Shown here one piece after another: positions 39,518 through 52,187 of a stretch of 64,000 bases of DNA. The DNA is taken from assembly GCA_951406725.2 (NCBI GenBank), contig OX597818.1, positions 79,794,001 to 79,858,000 on the forward strand, read 5' to 3'. A model generated the notes under the pieces. That model had not been told where the DNA came from, did not search any database, and saw nothing but the letters and a program-made list of their open reading frames with translations. The DNA comes from Octopus vulgaris. Taxonomy: Eukaryota. Positions within the stretch are counted from its first letter, which is position 1. Each line of letters opens with the position of its first letter. Position numbers and translations under genes: made by a program.

Positions 39518-40620
39518 GCCTTTGCACAGCTTCTAACACTGGAGATGTACTACGGTGTCAGCTGTTCACTGCCGGTGATCTAAGGTAACACCTCAAAGTT
39601 TTCGAGCACCTTCCGGAGTATTCGAGCGGTTCCAAGCAGTGCTGTTTTCTGCAAGTGTTCCACCCTTATTGCAGTCCCTGTTTGTTCCATGTACTTCTCG
39701 AGATTTTACTCAATGTTCTCAGGGCTCCGACAATTATTGGTACCACTACCACCTTTTTCATCGACCACAACTGCTTTACCTCCCAAGCTAACCTGTCATA
39801 TCTCTCGACTTTCCTTTCTTCTTTATCGCATACCTTGTTGTCAGCTGGGCATGCTATATCTATGATCCAGCATAGTTTACTTTCTTTCTCAATTAAGTCT
39901 ATGTCTGGCTTCCTATTTTCTATCTTAATGTCGCACAGAGTTGTAAAATCTCACAGAATATTTTCAATATCATTTTCGATGAAGCCTTCGGGTTTGTGGT
40001 CGTACCAATATTTTTCTCTGTCAGGACCATACTTGTTACAAAGCGTCCAATGGACAAGCCTTGCTACATTGTCGTGGCGCCTCTTATATTCCATCTGGGC
40101 TAGAGACGTACATTGGTTGGTAATATGCCATACGGTTTCACCATTTTGTCCACATATTCTGCACTTATCACTTTCTGATGTGTTGTCTACTCTGTATTTT
40201 ATGTAGTTTGTTCTTAGTCCCCAGTAGAGCAGTATTTTGGGCTTGCTCTGCTCTCATGTCAATTCCGATTTCTCTGACATACTTCTCGAACTAGGTTGTT
40301 AGTGCTCTGAGTACCCCTCCAACTACTCTCCTCATTGTCCACATTTTTGTTATTTTATCTTTTAATAGTCTGTATTTTACAATCTGTTCTAGTCCTTTGT
40401 CACTTATTCGTGCATCCTCAGGTATTACAATATCTATAAATTTGGTTTCCTTTTTTCCTTTATCTACCACAAAAATATCTGATCTCCGAGCATCGGTTAG
40501 GGAGTCACATTGGATTGTAAACTCTCACAGCATCTTATATTCCTAGTTCTCGGTGACACTTTCTGGTTCATATTCGTGCCATTTCTGTGCTCTGTCCAGG
40601 CCGTACGTTTCACATAGCCT
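39518..40620 (-). mobile_element. Two stacked R4/Dong-type LINE 3' fragments (RLE domain), junction near 40220
   Basis: Manual minus translations ETVWHITNQC..EYKRRHDNVARLVHW, RKPDIDLI..IIDIACP and RRSDIFVVDK..FIDIVIP; bounded by (TTA)n/(TCA)n arrays. Confidence 0.82.
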
Positions 40621-40673
40621 CCTCCTCATCATCATCATCATCATTATTATTATTATCATTATTATTATTATCA

Positions 40674-41091
<418 letters not shown>

Positions 41092-41101
41092 ACTTTAGTC
41101 C

Positions 41102-41161
<60 letters not shown>

Positions 41162-41259
41162 TTACATCCCACAGCTCTCGGTTTTACTTGCACTGATTGA
41201 TTCTATGAGAGCGGACAGCAACTTGTTGTCAGGAGGTTCACGGGGTCTCTCCTGTATTC

Positions 41260-41305
<46 letters not shown>

Positions 41306-41317
41306 TATTATTATTTT

Positions 41318-41885
41318 CCGATTGATCTGCATATTGTTTTATCTTCTGGCCGGATCTCAACCAGAGACCTTATGCGCGTATATATTAGATGGAGAGAAAT
41401 TTCTTGAAAATGTGGACGGTTGATGTCTACAAAATGTCGAGTCTCATAAATTGTTGATTTCCCAGAAATCTGGTCAAAAAATTTGTCAGTGTCCTTTTTA
41501 ATCATTCCTAGGGCATCTACAACAACAGCGATGGTTTGGGTTTTTAATTGACATGTCCTACATATCTCACTCTCAAGGTCCTTATATTTCAACAGTTTTC
41601 CAAACTCCTTTGCTGAGATGTTTCTATCAGCAGGCACTATCATATCAATTAACAGCCATGCTTTTTGTCTTATGTCTTTAATGACGGTGTCTGGTCGGTT
41701 AGCACTTATTTGCCTGTCTGTACGTATCTCATAATCCCAAAGGATGGTAACACTTTCTTCCTTAGTGACTGGCTCTAGAAGGTGCTCATACCAGTTTTTA
41801 GGGTGCGGAGTATCATAGTGATGGCATACGCTCCAGTGCAAGTACTGGCTAGCTCGATCGTGCCTGGTTTTATATTCTGTAGGGG
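41318..41885 (-). mobile_element. R4/Dong-type LINE 3' fragment (RLE domain)
   Basis: ORF 41311-41841: TILWDYEIRTDRQISANRPDTVI..LLIDMIVP..KEFGKLLKYKDL; flanked by (TTA)n on both sides. Confidence 0.88.
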
Positions 41886-41909
41886 CAGAATTATTATTAT
41901 TATTATTAT

Positions 41910-41979
<70 letters not shown>

Positions 41980-42689
41980 TGTTGTTGTTGTTGTTGTAAT
42001 AGTAGTAGTAGATCAAAATTAAAAGAAGAGTAGAATACATGTATCGCCAAGATAATTTACATCAATGAATCGAAATTGAACAAAGAGAATGAAATTAGAG
42101 TTACCAGTAGCACATATTTCAATTCAAGGTCAAACAGGGGTATACTAAATGTCATACAAGATAAATTCTCTATTTATTAAAATTATTTCTGCTTCCAAAG
42201 AAAACAGACCAATCGATTTGTAGTAGTTAGCACTAAGTCGAAATGAGAAAGCGAGATAATGCCGAGAATCAGGATTCCTCCAAAAGTTACATACCGTTAA
42301 GAAAAAGACAATCATCTGATTGTTTGGAGACATGAGAACAGCTGTGGATTGCCTTGACCTTTTCACCAGTGTGAAAGTCTGAATAGTCATGTCTCAAATA
42401 ACTGTGACTAAGTCGTTGTCATGTACCGAGCTTAGAACATGTTTATAACCTCTTCTTATCTGTTGTCACTGCGATATGTCAGTGTAGTGACAAGTTGACA
42501 TAGCAGCTTATCATGCTGTGGATATACTTGAATCTAATAAGGAGCCAGAAATGTTGTAGGGGAATTGTCTCTCTCAGTTTACTGGTTGCATAGACTGTAA
42601 GTTGCTGCTCTGCTACTGCTTCTGCCAAAACTACTGCTACTACTTCCTCTTCTTGTTCTATAGGTACACACACAGTGTCATCTCATAAA

Positions 42690-43953
42690 TGATGTGGTTT
42701 TTTTATACTTTTATTTTTCAAAATTAAGATAAACAAAGATATTTTTTAATCTAATATATACTTTCCTTCTTTTTTCTACAATGCTCTTCCATCTATCTGG
42801 TAGACTTGCAAGGCCCCTATTCCGAAATTCACTTGTCCGTGACGAAACATATTCCTCCAGTACTGTTCAGACCTCATCTACAGAATTCATATTTTTTCCG
42901 TCCAAATGATTTTGAAGACTGTGGAATAAATGATAATAAGATGGAGGAATGTCCGGTGAAAATGGTGGGTGGGGCATCGTTTCCAATTCAAACTGCTCCA
43001 GTCTTTGGAATGTCGTCCTCGCTGTATGTGGCCGAGCATTATTCTGATGGAAACATTATACTTTGGATTTCGTCATGAAACCAAAGATGGTCATTTTTCT
43101 TCAAGCGTTGACTTAAGCCGTTCAAGCTACTCACATTAGATCGCCCTTGTTATCGTTTGGTTTGGGTTTATAAGTTCAAAGTGAGCTAAGCCTTTCATAT
43201 CCCACCAAACAGATGACAACACCTTACGTGTGTGAAGACCTTCATTAGTCTGAGGTGCCAGTGTTTCTCCTTTCCCTACCCACTGTCTTCAGTACTTGGC
43301 GTTTTTATAGAGAACCCATTTCTCGTCACCAGTCACTATTCGGTCCAGAAAAGGTTCATTCGTGAGAGGTAACAGCAAAGAAGAGCACACATTTATTCTC
43401 TGCGGGCGATTAGACTTGGAAAGTTTGTGAAGAACCCATTGATCCAATTTGCTGACTTTTCTGATGGCACGCAGGTGTCGATGACTGGTTGAATAAACAA
43501 AGCCAAGCTTCTCTGCTAGTCCTCAACAGTTACGATGGGATTTTGTTCCACTAGTGTTTGCAGGACATCCTCGTCGAGCTCCACAGATCTTACAGGATGA
43601 GGCTCGTCTTCTAGGCTGTAGTTTCCGGCTCGGAATTTCTGGAACCACCGTTGACACTGGGTTGCATTTATCGTTCCATACCCATATACTGCATTGATAT
43701 TCCTTGCACTTTCCATTGCGTTGATGCTTTTATTGAACTCATAAAATAAACTATGCCAAATATGCTCCTTTGTCACTTCCATTATAGCTTTGAAAATATA
43801 ACTGCGCTCTTCAAAACTTGCACTAAGGATAAGAGCAAGGTAAAATTACTGCCTGCTTTTATAGTAAATTGATGCAGATGGTTTATCCCCTCTCTCTCTC
43901 TGACATTTAGTTCATGCAATTGAAAAACAAAAACGCATTATTTATGGGATCAT
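42690..43953 (-). mobile_element. Near full-length mariner fossil (cecropia/SETMAR-like); left end repeated at ~44205-44325
   Basis: HTH ..QCQRWFQKFRAGNYSLEDEP, FLDRIVTGDEKWVLY and PHPPFSPD motifs; end sequence TCCCATAAATAATGCG occurs twice. Confidence 0.88.
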
Positions 43954-44377
43954 ACATAAAAGTTGTAAATACTTCTATTTGAAAGGATCTGTAGTTATTC
44001 TGAAGCAAATTTGGAATGTAATTAAGCATCATAACCGTGGTGCAGCATGTTTAAAGGAGCTACGAAGTGAGTACAGTACAAACATCTCAGATATGTCTTC
44101 GGTGTCCAGAAACACGGGACTGTAATAATTATGTGATCAATAAGATAGATAGATAAGAATGTCTCCAAACCTATACATAAGACAGAATGCGCGTATGTCG
44201 ATTGGGTACTGAGAATAAGGACAAATTAAAATTATTACCTGCCTTGATAGCAAGTTGATGCAGGTAGTTTATCCCGACTTTTAGTTCATGCAACTGAGAA
44301 AACCGCATTATTTATGGGATAATCCTATATTTATGCACAGATGTATCGGTCTGTATATGTATACATACATGTGAGTA

Positions 44378-44490
<113 letters not shown>

Positions 44491-44707
44491 GTGTGTGTGT
44501 GCGTGTGTGTAAATTCATGGCTGTAGACGCAAGCGAGGGTGTAGACACAGGCAGTGCTCTGTGGTAAGAAGCTTGCTTCCCAAACACATGGTTCCGGGTT
44601 CAGTACCACTGCGTTAAATTTGGGCAAGTGTCTTCTACTATTGTCTCGGGCCAGCCAAAGCCTTCTGAGTGGATTTTGAAGATTAAAATAACATATATAT
44701 GTATATA

Positions 44708-44740
<33 letters not shown>

Positions 44741-44748
<8 letters not shown>

Positions 44749-44863
44749 GAAGGAGCTTCTACAGGACTAGTACTGTTTCATTCAAGAGAAATCTTCAGGA
44801 GCTTCCTGAAGATTTCTCTTGAATGAAACAGTACTAGTCCTGTAGAAGCTCCTTCTATATAAT
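44741..44863. ncRNA. Perfect palindrome (60-bp arms, 3-nt loop) made of two head-to-head hammerhead cores
   Basis: + strand: CTGAAGA (44806-44812)-TTTC-TCTT-GAAT-GAAAC-AGTACTA-GTC (44837-44839); identical on the minus strand. Confidence 0.75.
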
Positions 44864-44931
44864 AAATTAATTTTACTCTGCTATGTATTGAGTACCTTAC
44901 TTACTGTGGTTAACCCCGAATCAACCCGGGA

Positions 44932-45008
<77 letters not shown>

Positions 45009-45293
45009 ATGTTTATATGTATATATATATATCACGTGATCACGTGACCGACCAGACCATCAGATGTTGTTACACATCGCTGGTCACAATGCGTTCGCAT
45101 TGTTTTAGCCTTCGAATGACGCCACCCCGAAGAAAGAGTGGGAGAAAGAGTACAGCAGGGATCACCCCCCCTGCCGGAGCCTCGTGAAGCTTTTAGGTGT
45201 TTTCGCTCAATAAACACTCTTATATATATATATATAAGAATGAGATAAGAAAAACCAAGGCTGTGTAGATATTAGAACATTTATAGATAGAAG

Positions 45294-45345
45294 GTCATAC
45301 AGCTGTTTCCAGGATATCTATTAATTATATCCCATCATCGGAGAC
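45294..45345 (-). ncRNA. Minimal hammerhead motif, CCGAUGA core variant, in PLE pseudo-LTR
   Basis: Minus strand: gtct-CCGATGA-T-GGGATAT-aattaatag-ATATCCT-G-GAAAC-AGCT-GTA-tgac. Confidence 0.75.
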
Positions 45346-46127
45346 GGTGTGATAGGATGATTAAGTAATACTTAATTTAGATAGGATACACAATAGAGAG
45401 TGAGGTGGGGGAAAGAAAATAGATGTGAGATATGTAGGGATATTGAAGTTGTAAATCCATTTTTTAGACAGAATGGTATATATATGTAAGATTCCAATAC
45501 CTTATGAGTAAAATTCTTATATACACATGCTGACATATGACCAACGTTGAACCCCTTATTCGCAATATGTATATATGTATATATAGGGGTAAAATATGAA
45601 AAATCAACGAAAATGCATATTGCAAATAAAAAAAGGCTATTTATGACAGGTAACGACAAATATATACATTTAGATTGACTGAGGTAGTAATACGAGTCAT
45701 AAAAGTCATTATTATGAGATGATTATAAGATGATAATAAAGTAAGAGATCAAAACGAACCAATGATTTACGCAAAGCTATTCATCGTTTGAACACCGGTT
45801 AATACACGGTATCAGATCTAATAGTTCCTAAAAAAAAAAGATTATTTGTGAGGGAGGTAAGTAGTTCTGGATTATTTGTAAGGGAGGTAAGTAGTTCTGG
45901 ATTATTTGTAAGGGAAGTAAGTAGTTCTGGATTTAGAGATGTGAGTGGTGTAGGAAGTGTATAGGGTTTAGTGGTTTCAATTGAAGAGTTAGTGATGTTC
46001 TGTATTGAGTTGTGTGTTCATATTTAGTTGGGGGAGAAATTTATTGATGAAAAATGCCTCTTTATTCAACTTTTATTGCATTGTGGTGTTCTGTGAACAT
46101 TGGTAAAAGGGAAATATTTGGAAACCG

Positions 46128-46616
46128 AAGTCACTGAAAAAAATATTAACTAGCGCTAGACTTTACCCACTAACGACTGAGCCAAAAGTGACAAAATGTG
46201 GACGTTCTAACTGTGGAACATGCCCTCACCTTCTGGAGGGTTCAGAATTCCAATTCAAACAAGGAGACATATTTAAGATCAAATCAAATTTCACCTGCGC
46301 CTCAGCAAATGTAATCTATGTCATGACATGCATAGGATGTGGTAAACTCTATATTGGACAAACAGGAATTTCGCTCCGTCAAAGAATCACCATTCACAAA
46401 GAGCAAATCCGTCACCCACAATACAGACAGTTAAAGGTGAGTGAACACATGGAAAGATGTGCCAGGAATCTTAATCCCAATTTCCAAATATTTCCCTTTT
46501 ACCAATGTTCACAGAACACAACAATGCAACAAAGGTTGAATAAAGAGGCATTTTTCATCAATAAATTTCTCCCCCAACTAAATATGAACACACAACTCAA
46601 TACAGAACACCACTAA
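46128..46616 (+). pseudogene. GIY-YIG endonuclease domain of a Penelope-like element (Neptune-type Cys motif); stop-free but lacking RT
   Basis: KCGRSNCGTC..FTCASANVIYVMTCIGCGKLYIGQT..LRQRITIH..KEAFFINKFLPQLN. Confidence 0.92.
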
Positions 46617-47008
46617 CTCTTCAATTAAAACCACTAAACCCTATACACTGCCTACACCACTCACATCTCTAAATCCAGAACTACTTACCTCCCTTACAAA
46701 TAATCTTTTTTCTCAGGAACTATTAGACCTGATACCGTGTATTAACCGGTGTTGTTCAAACGATGAATAGCTTTGCGTAAATCATTGGTTCGTTTTGTTC
46801 TCTTACTTTATTATCATTTTATAATCATCTCATAATAATGGCTTTTATGACTCGTATTACTACCTCAGTCAATCTAAATGTATATATTTGTCGTTACCTG
46901 TCATAAATAGCCTTTTTCTATTTGCAGTATGCATTTTCGTTGATTTTTCATATTTTACCCTTACATTTCCACGTGCATTTTATATTTTCTTTTCGTAATA
47001 TATTTCTA

Positions 47009-47055
<47 letters not shown>

Positions 47056-47446
47056 TATACATATATATATATACATATATACATATATATATATACATAC
47101 ATACATACATACATACATACATACATACATGCATGCATATGTGTGTGTGTACATATGGTGTCATGTGCCACACTTTTGCCACATGTAGGTGCTTATGTGG
47201 TCGGGGACGTATACATACATATGTGTCAGTTTGTGTGTGTGTGTGTACATATACATAGGCGTAGGCATGGCTGTTTGGTAAGAAACTTGCTTCCCAATCA
47301 CATAATTTCGGGTTCAGTCCCACTGCTTGGTACCTTGGGTAGCTATCTTCTATTATAGCCTCGAGCCGACCAACGCCTTGTGAGTGGATGTAGTAGACGG
47401 AAACTGAAAGAAGTCTGTTGTGTATATATATATATATATATATATA

Positions 47447-47876
47447 CTCTGGGCGAATATATTGAAAGATGCGTAAAAGGTAAAATACCGAATTTCCATA
47501 TTTTTCCATTATACCAATGCAAAGATTCAATCTCCTTACAAGAACGCCTAAACAAGTAAAACCTATTCATACAAAAGTACAGACCACACTTTAATATACA
47601 GACTTGGCCACTTGATCCTTACACATTCCTATTTCAAAATCAAATATATTTACCACTATTCAATAATGTTGAGGAGGTAGTTGTCCCCCTTGTCATCTAT
47701 TGTCTCACTTCATTCTACACTCTCTCCATTCATTCTTACTTTTCAAGAAATCCCAAATGGCGTGATTCCTTTGTCTCAAGTAATGATTACTTCACAATGT
47801 CCCTTGAAAAGCTAATTTAAATAGCGAAAACCGGTTGGATATCACTACATTTTATGAGACTTTTACCATCCATAAA

Positions 47877-47880
<4 letters not shown>
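47447..47880 (+). mobile_element. Related PLE 3' fragment with decayed hammerhead at 47798-47841
   Basis: LGEYIERCVKGKIPNFHIFPLYQCKDSISLQERLNK*NLFIQKYRPHFN aligns with the end of the 46128 ORF; tgtcc-CTTGAAAA-GCTA-atttaaa-TAGC-GAAAA-CCGG-TT-ggata follows. Confidence 0.78.
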
Positions 47881-47915
<35 letters not shown>

Positions 47916-48083
47916 AAAGATATTAAAACGTGAAATGAAGGCATTTCTCTTCCCCTTTATATATATGTTTTCTTCATATTTTCACTTCATAATTTTCCCA
48001 CGTGGTGTATACTGATTCTCTAGCATTTTTCTCCTTCTAAATTTATATGTGTGTGTGTGTATGTGCATGTATGTATTTATAAG

Positions 48084-48108
<25 letters not shown>

Positions 48109-48118
<10 letters not shown>

Positions 48119-48583
48119 ATTTCGGAATGGTCATTTTGCCAGTTTAGCCAATAAAAACACACGCACTATATATTTGGTGTTACTTTGCTTCAGTGTTATT
48201 TATTTTTTACATTAAACTTAATCTTATTTCGGCCAGAGTTCTTTCGTCACACTCCTGTGACCGCATCAGTGGTCCTTTGCTTTCTTCTTTCTTATTTGTG
48301 TGTCTCTCCTTACTAACCGTCAGCCGTTTTGTATTTCTATTGTATGTGTATTCATTTGCGCATGCGTATATCTCTATGTGCGTCTATGTTTAGTTAGTGG
48401 GGGGGGAATGCCTGTAATATTTGTATATTCTGTTTATATACGTTCGTGTAATTTGTTTTTGTTTTTGTTTATTCCTATTTTGTTCATGTGTTTACATCCA
48501 CTTATTATTATTATTATCATTATTATTATTATTATTACATATGCTTGTATGTATGTATAACAACAACAATACTAGTAATAATG

Positions 48584-48623
<40 letters not shown>

Positions 48624-49544
48624 CAACAACAATAATAATAATTATTATTATTATTATTTTTAATTTTTTTAGATGTATATAGTTATTTACTTCCATTTTT
48701 TTATTTATTTGTGTATTTTATTTTATTATGTTTTCAGAGTGTCATGTTCGTTGGCACTACCCCTAGAGGTGAACTGGCATACCGCTTTAGAAGGACCCTA
48801 GACAAACTTAAGCTAAGGATTAAGGTTGTTGAAAAGCCAGGCAACCCTATCAAATCCATAATCGGTAGAACCTACCCTTTTAGTAGAACCCCCTGTACGG
48901 ATAGGTACTGTACTGTGTGTAGATTTAGCCCACAAACAAACTGTAAAGCCAGAAATGTAGTCTATAGTATAAGATGTATAGAGGGACGGTGCAGTAACAA
49001 GACAACGATATACGTAGGGGAAACAGCACGAAGCATAGGAGAGCGAATAAATGAACATTGGAGAGACAAGAGGAAGGACAGAGCTCATCAATTATATACC
49101 AACACGCTGAGCAGGAACACGGGGGCTCAATCAACAACATAGAAGTTAAAATCTTGTCCACACATAGAACAGACGCAACAATCAGACAAATTACGGAAGC
49201 TACACACATAATAGGAGATAAACCTAGCCTGAATAGGAAACTGGAATAGAACACTATCACACACCACAACATATGACAGAAGAGGATCCCCATAAACTGG
49301 TTACAATATAAGCAAAACTGAAAACATAATAAAATAGAATACACAGATAAATAAACAAGTGGAAGTAAATAACTATATACATTAAAATTTTTTTAAAATT
49401 TTTTATTATTATTATTATTATTACTAGTATTGTTGTTATACATACATACATATATACATCCATACATATATACATACATACATATATACATACATACATA
49501 AATACAAGCATACGTAATAATAATAATAATGATAATAATAATGA

Positions 49545-49579
<35 letters not shown>

Positions 49580-49979
49580 GGATGTAAACACATGAGCAAA
49601 ATAAGAATAAACAAAAACAAATTACACGAACGTATATAAACAGAAGATACAAATATTACAGGAATTTCCCCCCACACTCACACACACACACTAACTAAAC
49701 ATAGACGCACATAGAAATATACGCATGCGCAAATGAATACACATACAATAGAAATACAAAATGGCTGACAGTTAGTAAGGAGAGACACACAAATAAGAAA
49801 GAAGAAAGCAAAGGACCACTGATGCGGTCACAGAAGTGTGACGAAAGAACTCTGGCCGAAATAAGATTAAGTTTAATGTAAAAAATAAATAACACTGAAG
49901 CAAAGTAACACCAAATATATAGTGCGTGTGTTTTTATTGGCTAAACTGACAAAATGACCATTCCTAAATACAACAATAT
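48109..49979 (+). mobile_element. 5'-truncated Penelope-like element (second clade) with ~630-660-bp inverted pseudo-LTRs (48109-48737 / 49318-49979)
   Basis: 48738-49249 encodes SVMFVGTTPRGEL..IKVVEKPG..C..C.VC..CKARNVVYSIRC..IYVGETARSIGERINEH, then after a frameshift IYQHAEQEH..IRQITEA..KPSLNRKLE (GIY-YIG). Confidence 0.9.
49816..49855 (+). ncRNA. Hammerhead-like motif, CUGAUGC core variant (mirror at 48233-48272, -)
   Basis: cca-CTGATGC-G-GTCACA-gaag-TGTGAC-GAAA-GAAC-TC-tgg; the same core variant is in both arms. Confidence 0.65.
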
Positions 49980-50015
49980 CTTTTGCAACACACGATTTCA
50001 CATAAAAAATCTTGC

Positions 50016-50102
<87 letters not shown>

Positions 50103-50386
50103 ATATGTATTTGTGTGTGACTGTCTCTTGTCTGTGTGGATGCACGCGCGATTGTATGTGTACCTACGAGTGTATTTGTGCTTGTTTGTCCCCCACCACC
50201 ATTCGACAGGTGGTGTTGGCGAGTTTACGTTGCGTAACTCAGCAGCTCGGCAAAGGTGACGGTAGAAAAGTAGCAACCTTTAAAAAATTTAACAGAATCA
50301 ATTCATTCCATTCAAAATTATTCAAAATGATGCCGCAGCATGGCTACAGTCTGATAACTGAAACAAGTAAAAGATAAAAGAAATAG

Positions 50387-50454
<68 letters not shown>

Positions 50455-51189
50455 ATTAAGGATTCGAAGCGCATGTTCCTAGATAGGTGAATATAATATA
50501 AAAAAGTAACAACTGAAGGACAGGTATCAGTTCATTATGGCCGTTTCTAACGACTCCTTTAATTGATTAATGAATACATTATATCATTATAAAGAAATTG
50601 TTTTCTGAAATAATAGTGTATTTATATCACAAGGAAAATTATAAATTCAACTCGGACTTACATATGTGCACCTGTGGATCTTAATGTAGTGTAAACGGAA
50701 TGCTGGTACTTCATATTTCGTATGTATATGCGGATATATAACACTTTGCATGGTATTGTAGTACTATTGTGACTATATTGCTAATAATGGAATCTATGTA
50801 TTGTTTTTATAGTATTAGCGTTATTAATAATAATATGAATGATGATATTGGTAGCATTAGTGGCAACGACAATGATAATGATGCTAACATTAATGACATT
50901 TTGGAAATTAATAAGAATTAATAGAATGTAATATTGACTCTCTATATCTGCATTTAGGTATTAATATGTGTGTTTTTCTACATTGTAATTATCACAATAT
51001 TAAGTTGAAAAACTGTAACATTGAATGTGGAACATATGTATGTTTGTTAATTTATATTATTTATATCATTATGTATATGTATATTTATATGTATAGGAGT
51101 ATGAGTATATGCACTCATATGTATATGTATATGTTTTATTATGGGTATGTACCCATGCCTATATAAGTATGTATGTAATTTTATTTGTA

Positions 51190-51316
51190 ATCTCCGAAGA
51201 GGCTTTAGGATATTTTTGTAAATGTCTCATTTATAACTACATATTGACCTACCATAAATGGCTAATATAAGTTGAATGAGACATGCTTATCTACATGGCC
51301 GAAACAGCTGTAAGAT
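51190..51316 (+). ncRNA. Hammerhead motif, CCGAAGA core, ~100-nt structured stem II
   Basis: atct-CCGAAGA-GGCT...(ATGTCTCATTTA / TGAATGAGACAT)...GGCC-GAAAC-AGCT-GTA-agat; perfect stem I. Confidence 0.78.
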
Positions 51317-51728
51317 GTAGTCTATATTTATATTTATAGTTATGCGTACTTATATTTATTTTCTATTATACGTATTCTACTTATTGTATAACATTACTAT
51401 TTTATGTACACTCCTACATGTACACTGTTTTACCCTACATTATTATGTTTAACCTTATAGTGTCTTATGTAGTGGTTTAATAAAGTATGTGATTGAGTAT
51501 TATCTGGTAATTGATATTTGATTTCGATGTATTTCTCCATTTTCTTATTTTGTATTATGAATTTGTGGTAAAACATTTTACCTTTGCCCATATAATACAA
51601 TAAATGAATTAATTGTATCGTAATTCTTAACATTTATGTATTAACATTGTTGGGTACTTCACTAGAAGTATATTGGATATATGTTATCCCATGGAGGGTT
51701 GCATTTACAACCCCTATCTCAATTTGTA

Positions 51729-51772
<44 letters not shown>

Positions 51773-51898
51773 TTAGGTACAATAAATTCAGGGTGAATAC
51801 TTGATAAATGTAAGCACTTGTATATGCCAGCTAATAGCATGGGTGATAGAATATATGTATCAAATGAAATAAATGAAAAATAGGACACAAAGGATGTT

Positions 51899-51991
51899 GC
51901 AGTACATATGTTTCGGGCTTTATAGAACAACTTATTCTTACATCAATGCATAATCGACATAACAGATAGTTCAAAAGCCTTCTTCAGCCGC
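51899..51991 (-). ncRNA. Minimal hammerhead ribozyme, diverged relative of 33834-33911
   Basis: Minus strand: gcgg-CTGAAGA-A-GGCTTT-tGAAC...GTTC-tat-AAAGCC-C-GAAAC-ATAT-GTA-ctgc. Confidence 0.82.
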
Positions 51992-52187
51992 GTGCAATTG
52001 CTACACCAAAGACTTGTATCACATTATAAAAGGTTTGAGAAAAAAACATTTGGTATTGTTTATAATGGTAGGTAAACCGAGTATCATTGGGAAAGCATGT
52101 TAGTAAATCTTCATAGTCGTACATGGTATTATTAGACTCCAAAACAAATCGTCCATACCGTTTTTTCACTCGAGATAGAATGAATAC

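Larger units (their letters stand above)
45235..46960 (+). mobile_element. 5'-truncated Penelope-like element with inverted pseudo-LTR (arms 45587-46124 / 46481-46960)
   Basis: Central GIY-YIG ORF; left arm is the reverse complement of the ORF end and 3' UTR and extends further to a hammerhead at 45294-45345. Confidence 0.9.

Noticed and set aside
45841-45930. Three 30-bp repeats superficially like a CRISPR array
   Set aside because: Contiguous tandem units with no spacers, inside a eukaryotic PLE arm.
50535-50560. Minus-strand GAAAC-GGCC-ATA resembling the 3' half of a hammerhead
   Set aside because: No CUGAnGA half or stem II could be found upstream.
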